The position numbers and the translations under genes are program-made. 64,000 nucleotides of DNA from Squalus acanthias (lineage: Eukaryota), in the NCBI GenBank assembly GCA_030390025.1, contig CM059426.1, positions 74,152,001 to 74,216,000 of the forward strand. Reading direction: 5' to 3'. This document shows, in pieces, positions 39,501 through 51,500 of the stretch. How positions within the stretch are numbered: the first letter of the stretch is position 1; every line of letters begins with the position of its first letter. The notes beneath the pieces are model-generated. The model saw only the letters and a program-made list of their open reading frames with translations. It made no database searches and was not told where the DNA came from.

Positions 39501-42500
39501 TAGCCCTGCAATGTTTTATTTCAGCAACATAACAAGTTTTATTGGCAGCTTTGAGACTGACTAATTCCCATTTCACATTTATAAAATATGAAACTCAAAT
39601 AGTCCACATTCCCACTATTAGAACTATTATCAGATAAAATCCAAAAGGCACGAACAGAAAAACTCCTCTTAGGATCTTTCTGGCTCTAAAAACATTAATA
39701 AAATCTCAAAAATTGTATTAAGTATGATTCATTGCACTCTTAGGGGAAAAATAAATAACCTTTCAATCTACAAGTCTGAGCATTGCTACTCACTATTACT
39801 TCAGAGATGGATCTTAAGAGTTTCAGTTCAGTGATGGTATTGAAATTGAACTCTGTTTGGTACTGTAGGAATTTCTCATCATAAATAAAGATTGCGAGTT
39901 CCACGCTTGAACCTGGATATTACACTTTCCAGGTCATTTTATGTGCATGTTTAGAATTCTCATTTATAACAGACTACTTGAATTTTCCCAAATCCTTAGA
40001 TATGGCAGACAATTAATTAATTGGAAATTTGGTGGTCTAATTTTTTTTGAATGTTGTACTTGCATTGTGTAACTTGCAAAGCATCCCCCCAAAAAAACAA
40101 TCTTGTGCAACTCAGCATTATCATAACTAGATCTGTGCACATAATTTTTTTACTGCAGAAAACAAAAAACATCTATTATAGCTTTAATATTATTTCAGAA
40201 GACATTAACTGAAGAATTTTCACACTGTGGGCCATATTCAAAACTATAAACTGCAGCAGCCTGGTGAGAAATGACATGCTATCGCTAATTTATAAGTTAC
40301 AAGCCATGTGAATAAACATCTGAAATAGAAAAAGAAGCATAAGATTAATCTTTCACCAGAAAGCAGTTCAATGTTGAAAATGTTATACGGCAATAAACTA
40401 ATAACTTCAAAATGAAAATCCTGTTTTGCAACACTGATGGCTAAAAGAACTAAAGCAAATGTTCTTTCTCGAATCCAAGTCCTACATCAGGAATTCAATT
40501 ACCTGAGTGCTGATGGACATTGTTCCATCTGTTGCCTCCACTGTCAAGTTGTAATTTGATTTCTGTTCTGCATCAAGTGGTCTAGCAACAATGGTGGTTC
40601 CACTACCTTTGTCCACATCAAATCGGCTGTCATAGTTGCCACCTGGGTTTAAGAATATGAAAAAGTAGATATAAAAAACAGATTTTGCTCAGCTATCAAA
40701 TTGTATGTAAATTAAAATAAAATTGATCTTGTTTCACTGAGCATGCAAAAAGATACAAGAGGTGAATCTTGTCCAATGTACCTTCAGTAGAAAAATAACT
40801 GACAAAAATTCATCCCACCATTCTTTCCTAACAATTTTAAGTCAATGCTGATTTTGCTTCTTTTTGTTTAATGAGGACCTTTAGAGAAATGGAAGGCTTT
40901 TTGTTTTAACCAGTGCTTCAACAGTGTCAGAACCACACTTTATTTTCACAATTAATGAGAGAACAGAGCATTATGAAATATACAATGGGCCTGAATTTGC
41001 AATTGGAGGCTTCCAATCACCAAAAAATCCACGCATTTACCTGGTGGTCCGGGAGATACGGAGGCTTGCTCTCCTGGGCCTCTCCTGGTAGAAATGCGTA
41101 GAGGCCCACGTATCCCGGGGCGCATGCAGTTCGCAAGCGCCCCTGGTATCACGTGGGCCGGCCCAACCAATGAAAGAAGGGAATCCCCATTCATACTTAT
41201 GCGAGTTCCGTACATACGGAACAGTCATAAGAATGAATGGGGATGACTTAAAAAATACACGAACACATGAAATAATGTTTTTTAAATTACATATAGAAAA
41301 TTAATTAAAATGGCATTTAATTAAATATTCTAAACAAAAATGTATATGTTTTAACGGGGCTAAATATAAACTTACATTATTGGACAGGGTTTTTAATGTA
41401 GAAGTGAATGATAAAATTTTATTTTTCTATTTTTTAAAACTCTTATGCTGGTAAAAGCAGGCCTTACACCTGCTTTTACCAGGTGTAAGAATTCCACGGC
41501 CTTTCAGCGGGCGTAAGTTGGACAAATAGCGCAACTCTCCATCCGCAGAGGCCCTTTTCCTGGGGATGTGGAGGATCTGTCAAGAAGATTCTTGACAGAT
41601 CGCAAGTGCCGGGTTTCAGCGCATGCGCTTCACATGCCTAAACCCATCACTTGTGCGGCCCCTATGGGCGCATGCGCACCTTGTACGCACCCGTAGGGGG
41701 TCGCAAAATACGGCCCATTAGTTTGGCTTGGTGTCACATTGCAGGGGGAACGTGGAGTTTCACAGAACTAGGGAGTGGAATGGGTAGTTTAGTGTTTGTC
41801 AGCAGTGAGAGGAGGGGAGGGGCTTAGGCCTGAGCTTTGGGGGGTGTGGGGGTTGGTGAGAGAGGTCCCAGAGGTCTGGCAGCACTGGTTTGTAACCTTC
41901 TAAGGGATCTGCAAACATTAAATTTGGTGTTTTGAGATTGTTTCCTGGAAGTGTACTTGTCTATTTCGGTCTTTCTCTATTTACATGTCTCTTTTCTCTC
42001 TCTCTCTCTGCCTGTCTCATAAGTATTACTAAATGAAATGTTTTTATTTCTTATCTATCAACAAATCGTAGGCAATAATCAGGTGATAATTAGAGGCTTT
42101 GTTTGCTTTCAAAACATTTTTGTTAAATAATAGGAGGAAAAACATTGGCCCTGAATTTGCGGTCGGTATGACGGTACGCTGCATCATATTTCCTTTGAAA
42201 CTGACTGCAAATTTGGGATTCCTGCATGTGCTAAATCCCGAACTTGTGATCTGTCAAGTTCTGAATAGAAAGATGATCCGCTGCGACTTTTAAGCCCTCA
42301 TTCAAATGATGTGCTGGCGAAAAATCGCGCTAATTGCCCACCTATTGCGCATTAATTACCAAGAACATTTCTACGTCTGGTGCGAACAGGCGCAGGAGCC
42401 TGTTGCACAGTGTAAGGGATGGTGGGTGGGGGGGGGGAAATGAGAAAATTGTCTTAGTTGGTGGCTAACTGACCCGTTGAGAGTTTCCAGCATTTTCTGA

Positions 42501-45500
42501 TGAAAATTTATTGGCCAGACATCTTTTCATGTGTCAAAATCATTCCCGATGAGTTTTTGAACCCAGAAACTAAGCACAGTAAACACCAGCAATAGGCACT
42601 CTATAGATTGGATACATTGGTTTAAGGGCAAAGTTTTTGTGTGCCAATTATTTCGCAACATTACAATTAAAAAAACTGATTTATAGAAACATTTTGTACT
42701 GGGGTTTGCTATTTTATGAGCACAATTCAAATAATGGAGCATCTACTATAATACTCTAACAAATGAATTATTATTATTTACACATAGTTATGAAAGATGC
42801 TTGATCAAATGTATATCTGGCATAACTAAAATATATCTACCTATCTTTTTAAATCCCTTCAACCAACATTTCCAATTAAGTGCGGCTATTAAACGCTATG
42901 TAGATTATAAATATATGCCCGTAGAAGACTTCGGTCTTCCATTGACATATATTTACAATCCTGTTTTATGAATCTCCTCTGTTTCCTGATTGACTAAGAG
43001 TCAGGAAGAATCCTGTTTTATGAATCTCCTCTGTTTCCTGATTGACTAAGAGTCAGGAAGTGAAAGGAGCACCGCCCCACATGATCCCAGGTTCGCCCCT
43101 GGGAACCGTGGGCCACTACACTGTGCATAACTCTGCAGCGTTTGAAAGCAAGTTTCGCTTGGGGCTTCACACAAGGTAAGTGCGGATTTTGTTCGGATGT
43201 CGGCAGTGTACTCCTGAACTACGCCGCCGACCGTCAATTCAGGACCAATGTGTACGTTTCTCTCAAGTTTATAGAAAATTTATAATCAATTAAAAGGTAT
43301 CACAGTAGTCTGTCCTGCTTCAACTCTCGCATATGTATATATAATACACATTTTACCTGAATAAAGCTTGAAATTTGTCCTCTAGGTTTTCTTCAAATAA
43401 TTTTGAAAAACAATCAAATTATGTTATCGAATGGAGTTGGTTAACAACAGGGATAGAGGCATTTAAGCATTTGTCTATCTTACAAGCTACCGATGCATCC
43501 TGGGAAATTGTGCATAGTAAACATGATCAGATTGCTGAATCTGCCTTCAGTTTACAGAATTACAGCTCTGAGCAAAATATCAAGCCCACGCCTAGGCTTT
43601 TGGGACAGACTATAGCCTTCAAGTAAAAACTTTAATGAAGATATTAAAAGACACAGAAAACAAGTCAATGGAGAAATATGTTATCATGAAAATATGTTGT
43701 TTTTTAAAAAAAATTTGTTTAAAACCTTATTTTACACATTAACAATTTCAGTTGCTGAGAAAAAAAAAGCCGGATATTTATTCCAGAAAGCATTTTCAGT
43801 GATTCAGTTGGTTCATCAACAAATTGTGACAACAAAAAGTTGGCATGTCAAAATAGGCTTTTGCCATTATAAATGCTGACATAGGTAGTTTCAATGTTAA
43901 ATGTTGAGATCAAAAGCATGACTGAATTAAGGTTTGTGGACAAGAAGTGTGCGTCATGAAAGGTTCTTAACATATTTATAGTTTTTCCTTTTCATTCACT
44001 GTGGATTATAAAGAACCTTGAAACAGGTTCAAAATAGGAAATTGACTAAACTATTTAGTTCATTGTTTCTCCTTTTACCATAATCATCAAAATACAAATG
44101 ATTAATAGTTTTAGCAATTCTTTTGAGATTTTACCCTGTGTCTTTGCAGATTATTTACTGACCAACCACTCAATGAACCTTCAACATAACTGACAGAAAA
44201 CCACTGCTTAGCACACAAAATCGATTCTGAAATAAGTCAGAAAATATGCATGCAATAATTATGTTCATTCTGAGCCAATTGTTTCATGCTCACAGGTGGC
44301 TGGTTAAAACTTTGGAAAACACATGCTGAATACTGGTGCAATACATGGGAATAGAATTCCTCAAGGTTTTTAGAAAAAGCAAATTTCAAGACCTGCTCTT
44401 CATAAGATGAAGTGACTTTTTAAACCAAGTTATGCATATTAGTACACTGCAGCATTCCTAGGGAATCAATGTGCAACATCAAATTACATTGGAACACGAG
44501 TTTCATTCAGCCCATTGAGCCTGTTCTGCCATTTAATCAGATCATGGCTGATCTATACCTCAACTCCATTTACCCGCCTTTGCTTCGTATCCCTTGATAC
44601 CCTTACCTAACAAAAATCTATCAATCTCGGTCTTGAAAATTTCAATTGAACCTGCATCCACAGCCTTTTGGGGCAGAAAGGTCCTATGCATGAAAAAAAT
44701 GCTTGCTGATTTCACTACTGAATGACCTAGTTCTAATTTTAAGATTATGCCTTCTTGTTCTGGATTCCCCCACCAGAGGAAATAAGTTTATCTGTATCTA
44801 CCCCACTGAATCCCTTTATCATTTTAAATACCTCAGTTAGATCACCCCTCAACCTCTAAACTCAAGGGAGTACAAGCCACGTTTAGCCAACCTGTCCTCA
44901 CAATTTAACCCTTTAAGCCATGGCATAATTCTTGCAAATATTTGTCGAAAAAACTACTTTATAATCGGAATTTAGAATTATTTTTAATACTACATTTCTT
45001 TAAGCTGTAACAATCCTAAATGACACTGCAGCAGAGCTTTGTAGGTCATCTAAATATTACACTGAGTGATCAGTTTAATATTGCTATTCTAATTTCTTTT
45101 AAAAGTCCACCAAAAATAGCTGTTTAAAATATAAACATCAACTTGGATTATTTTCACTTATAAAGGTCTTCTGGGGCAAAGTATATTGCATTTTAGAAAG
45201 CAATTTGTGAATGGGATTTACTGAGTACATTTAATAAATACAAATGAAAAATAACTACAATCTTTATTTCTTTATAAATACAAAAAGTTGATTTTAATTA
45301 CTGATTGCTAGTATGCTACGTAACTTCCCTCCACCCAAAACCAAGCATTATCAACAAAACTTCCAAACCCTCAGCAAAGGAATTAGTTAGTTCTGATCAG
45401 TGGAAAGCTCTGGTAGTATTACCCTATGCTGAATACTTTCATTCTAACCTCTCCAATGCTAATGTTTTATATATGACAGTTATACTAGTGGGACATGATT

Positions 45501-48500
45501 CAATTTAAAATAATCAGTTACTTCATGATGGAGCTCCGAAAACTACCATTGAAGTCATCAGCAAAATGGTAAGAATTTAATTTATGAATACATTAATAAC
45601 TTCAGGTAAAAAATGCATCACTGAATTTTAATTGTTTGATCAACCCATTCATCATTTGTAATGGTATGTTCCAACAGAAGTTTAAATCTGTAGTTACTAT
45701 GAGTCACTGAGAGGTGGCAATCTAATCATCCAATTTGGAGTTACACCACAGAGTAGGCAAATCTTGATTGCTCCCTTAATTATTAAAAGTTACCTTCCAA
45801 TCAGGAATCAAAGAGCTTAAATAGCTGATCAATCCAACATCATTTTATATTTTGAATTTACTTTTACTTGATAATTCTTTCAATTTCAGCACTAAAGCAA
45901 AATAATATACGGTTACGAAACTGAATGAAACACAAATTTGTTTGAGAGAGAAACTGGTTTTCAGCCAACATTTGCATTATTTTATATATAGATCCTAGTC
46001 AATCTCCCATGGTATCACATGTGGGAAGTTAGGACCAAGTGTAGTTTTCAGGTGAAGCTAGGTTAGAAAGCAGGGATAACTGGACCAGGGCATACAGACA
46101 TAATTCAGTCCCCATTTTGAAGTAATAAATTCTGTCCTTATATTTATATTTCCATTATAAATCCCTTCGTCCACATTTAGAATAAAAGCAGCCTATGTAA
46201 ACTTGTCCTGTTGTAATTACACCCTCCTGCCAGTTGTGGTGCTGCAGCACAGCATTGCAGAGAAGGGAGTAATTACAGCCTCACAAGTTTACATAGGCAC
46301 TTTCCATTATAAATGTGGATATAGGAATTATAATTGAAAAAGTTAATGGATAGTGCACGCAGATGTAAGACTTTTAATATATAGATGACAGATAGATATA
46401 TACATAGAATGAACAGAAGAGAACAACTGGATTAAACATAAAAGCAGCACTATATGCAACCACCGACAACATAAAACATGTTTAACTTGCTAACTCAATG
46501 ATACTTACATATAGGAATGCAAGTTATTTGGGAAACATTTTTTCTTAGTTTATGAATAGAACAAAAACAAGAATACAATTTATATTACTAAATCTAATTA
46601 GTAGATCTCATAATGTAGTACCAAAGTATAATTATGAGATGGCAGCAGATACCTTCTGCTGTACAGTTCAGGTCACAAGCCATCTGAAAGATATAAAACA
46701 TTTCTCTAGCTTGTTTGTCACCTTGCAGAGCCAGAAACATAGTCGAAGACAGAAAAGGCAGCAAGGATAGAAAAGAAAAGAAATGAGATTAGTTAATGAG
46801 AATCTAGCAAAAAGTGTGATACACAATAGAGGTAGACTAAATAAATCCATTATAGGGGTGATTCCACAATCAAATGCTCCTGATGGGATGCAGCATTCAC
46901 GGACAACACAGTCCGTGATTTTTTTGTCCATTAAGATTAATGGGTGAAAAATCACAGGCTGCACACCTGTGACTTCCTGAGATGCACTCCCTTTGAGCGC
47001 TGCTCCCTGCCGGGATTGTCGGATTGCAGAATCACCCTTGATTTTCCAGCTTTTAAGCAAACTGCAATTTACATGGATTAGGATGCACAGGTTTGCACTG
47101 AATAAACATACCGACAAGGTCAGTCCCTTTAATGAACATAATCAACAATTCTGAAGCATTTGATTTAAATAGATTTAGACATAACAGTTTAAATCCGAAA
47201 AATATTAAATTGATGCAATCTCAATTACATTTTTTTTGTATGTGGGTCTTGGGTATTTTGGTTGTTCTTTAATTTTGGTTGTTTTTTTAATTTTAGCATA
47301 CAAGTCTGTTACATTGTAAGATCACATTAGGACAAGATAAAATGATGGACATTAGAGCCAGCATTGTTTATTGTTCCTGAGGTATTTTATATAACTTTCC
47401 GTTTGTTTATTTGAGCATTTCTATGCATTAAATAATACATTAGTAATCAAACTGATGCAAGGAAAATAAATAACGTATGAAGAAATCAATCAAAAGATAC
47501 ACTTTAAGTTTAAAAGAAAAAGCAAACTCTGTAGTGACTCAATTAGTTTATTAATGCTGTAATTGAGCCACAGAGACCAGGAAGATCCTAGGTAGCATGG
47601 GCTGATCTTGCTCAGTAAGGCACTATAATAATTCACTGTGCCTCTAGATTAGGGTCGGTCAGGGTTTCTGCTCCTGATTGCTATCCAACAAATCCTGTGG
47701 GGAAATGGTGTGTGGGGATAGGACTGAGCTCAGCTGTGATTCCCCCAATAGTCAAATAGCCAACGTTCACCAACAAGGCTTGCATGTGAGTAATGGCCAC
47801 GACACTAAAGGAAAACATCAATTCTCCAAAATTCCATGGCACAGGGAATGGTTTGGGTCTCACAATCCACTCACTGTGCCGAGTGCGGATGATTTCTGAA
47901 GACGTCCATTATCCAACGAGTAGGCAAGGTACCGGCGGGCACCTTGCGCCTATTGAAGATTACCCCAGAAGGGAGTTGACATATTCAAAAGAGGAGATGG
48001 GAGAAAAATTGACAAGAAAAAAAAAAGAGAAACCAAAAGAAATTTGTACCCAAAGAAACTCAATTAAATATTGTGAAGTAGCCAATTTGGAAAGATGTTT
48101 GATATGGAAATCATTACAACCTAATTGGCAAGAGGGCCATCACATTCCTTACCAGTGATATCAAACCAGAGGGTAGTGCCAGCAGGCTCAACAGCAATGA
48201 CTCCAACCATGTGAGTAACTGGATCACTCTCCATGACACTAAAGGAAAACGATGATTCTTCAAAATTCCATGGCACAGGGGGTGGCTTGGGTTTGACAAT
48301 CCACTCAATGTGCAGCCGCGTTGCAGATGATTTCTGAGGGCGTCCATTATCCACAGCTTTTATCTGTCAAAAAATATGAATCTTTTAACTGAAAACCCTA
48401 ATGCATATTGCTCAAGGAAATGGCATCATTATGTAATTAATTATGTTTAAATAAATGGTACACAGTCACTGCTTGACGTTTCCACGCGTCCGTTTATCCC

Positions 48501-51500
48501 TCTATTTTGTCAGTAGCAGTAACAACTCGCACTTTGAGCCTTTAATGTAATAAAATGTTTCAGAGACAAAAAAAACTGGCCACTAAATACTGGTGGGTGA
48601 AGGATTAGAGGTGGTGACGGAAAGCAAGATCAAAGAGGTCAGTTTTAAAGAGGCTACTGAAGAAGGTGAGAGAGATAGCAGGGCAGAGGTTTCTAGGAAG
48701 AGCGTTCCAGGGTGTTGGGCTGAGGCAGAGAGAGGGCAATACAAAGTGGTCCAAAATTGGGAGCGATGGGCACAAGCTGGTACATGGGCTGAAGCAAGTT
48801 ACAGTGGTAGGGAGAGGCAAGGCCATGGAAGGACAAACATTTTGAAGTCTCTACATTGAAGGGTGGGAAACCAATGAGGTCACCAAGTGTCAGGAGGTAG
48901 ACAAGCGGAAAAGGAGGCCAAAGATGAAGCAGTGCCTGGGAAACCATGACCAGTCAAGTGGGATTGCATTTGCACAGCTGTTGTTTGCTTGCACCTGCTG
49001 CCATCCGCCCACCAATCCGCCTCACCCAAGAGAAACCCTCGAATTCCTCAAGCAATGTCAAGAGAGTGGTGGAATGTGTGTGTCTGTCTCTTTTTCCTTT
49101 CCTTTGCACCTAGGAAATGAGCAAGTGAAAAATTGGACTGCAGGTCTACAAAGGTACTGAAATCAGTCTCAAAGGGGAGCCATTTGCACGGGCTTCACGG
49201 TATATGGCTTACTTAATCTTTAGGAAATTAATAATGGCACATTATATTGGATGATGTGGTGTTTGAGAGTTAGTTTGAGGTACCGTACTTTGTAAACAAA
49301 GAATATGGCCTAGAATTTGGTCTGCACAGCACCTGCTTTTAGTCCCCAATATAGTAGCCAGGTAGCGTGCGCACATTTCCAGCTGGAAGTACACTGCCCA
49401 TCATATTGGGCAAGCACAAAAAATATGCGTTCTTTACTCACACCTGAAACAGGCATTACTCCCTTTGCATATGCAAATAAGGGGCTTAATGACTGTTTGA
49501 GGCCCCTTCTCCAAGACTGGTTTGCCCTGAGGCAGCCAGAGCCAGCTGTACTCAAGGAAATCAGGCCTAGCTATTGCCTGCTAGGCCCAACCAACAAGGT
49601 AAGTGACTTACCTGAATGTGGAGCCAGAAGGAGCAGAAGTGCTCCTCTCAACCTCACATTAAAAGGAACTGATAGCCACCGCTCCCTCTCAGCACCGCCA
49701 CACTCTGCTCCCACCTCCTGCCCCCCAAATCACCGCTACTCCCCCTGATCCCCGGACCTGATCCTAATCCCCAACCCAAACCCGATTCCAGTCAGAGGGC
49801 CGTTGTGACGCTAGCAGTAGCTCAAACTTGCACTTCTCTTCGCTGGCGGGGTCTCAGTCAGTTCCATTAAAATGAGGCCCGAGGCATAATATGTATCTGA
49901 ACTCAATGCACGCACGCACACGCCCACACAGATATACTCACTGTAAGAATATCATATTCCCCAGCTGCAGAAAACTTCTTGGATGAGACGACACCAGTTT
50001 TAGGCTCAATGAAGAACTTGCCCTGTTCATCTCCCTCTTCAATGCTGTAAGATATCTCTGCATTTGGACCCTCATCTTTATCAGAAGCGATGACTCTAAA
50101 GATGGGTTCTCGTTTAACGGATTTCTCTCGTTCTGGTTTAATTCGCTCTGGAAGTTTGATTTTATAGAACTTCTGCAAGAACTGAGGTTTGTTGTCATTT
50201 TCATCCAAAACCTTCACTATAACTCTAACAATGGTAGATTTTGGGGTGCTGCCATTGTCAGTAATTGTCACCTGTTAAAGCAGCAGGAAAAACAAAACAC
50301 GTTATAGTAAGTATTTGTTACAAAATGCATTTTTAAAGCATCCAGTTTTATAATAGAATCCATTTTTCCCCCACTCATTAAGTGGAAGAAAATATACTCA
50401 TAGGTCTAAAATAAAGGTATTTATTGCCGGACCAAATAAAACATTTTTCTTATTTTTGCTTTACTGTAAGCAATTTGCGGCCAGTAATTTCAATACCTTG
50501 CAACATTTGTATATTGGAAGAAAGGTGGAAAAGGGAAAGGCAAATCAGAGCACAAACCCTATAGCTTAGGCACATAAACCTGGGGGATTTCATGTTTTAA
50601 TGAATCTTAAAAGGGAGTTCTACACTATAAAGACCTTACCATACCTGACCTGGGAGTCCTTGATGCTGATGTTGGGAGATGCAAGCGCTAATAAGTGATT
50701 CATGCCCCAACACTGCCATCTCTTGCCTTGATGAGCACAAGAAGATTCAACAAAAAATGTAATTCAGTTTAAAAAGCTGTAAATGATATACCTAGTTCAT
50801 AGTTAGGAGTGATTTCCACCCTTGCCAAATATTGAACTTTAGTTCTTGAACAACAAACTAACATGAAGAAGCTATCTTCTAAAAAGCAAGCACTATTCTT
50901 GTGGCCAGTTTAGTTTCACTGCATTCAATCCACTGGAAAGCAAATATACACTAGTTCTATTCGTCCTCATTAATCCGATCACAATTTCTCAACACCTGAC
51001 ACCAATTTTCATTTCTGTTTTCGGGTAGGACTGGGGTGGTACTGTGCTCAAAATCAGAGTGCAGAACCTAGCGCCCCAATTCTGCTGCTGTTCTGCCTGC
51101 CTTCAGATAGGCGGGCAAGGCTCCAGTCGAAAACAGGAAGGACCTTCATTATACGATGCAAATCAAGGTCTTATGATGTCAACAGGATCCCAATTCAATT
51201 TGGATGTCTCAATGGGAGGAGTGCGTGCTCTACACGGTACTGCTGCCTAACCAACTGTCCTTAAAGGGGCCGCTTCAAAAATAAGGCAGGTCGGTTTTCT
51301 GGTGATTCTTAGGAGGCTTGGAGGAGCATTAATGCTTCCCTAGCCCCACAAAAAATCGACTCCTCCAATGCCTGACTCTCCACAGCCCTTTCCAGGTATT
51401 GCCTCCCCCGCTCTTTTAATCAGAAAATGCCGACTTGGCTTCGTGGAGGAGCCACTAGATCTACCCCACACCATCAGCGAGCTGCTCATCAGCACCTTAA

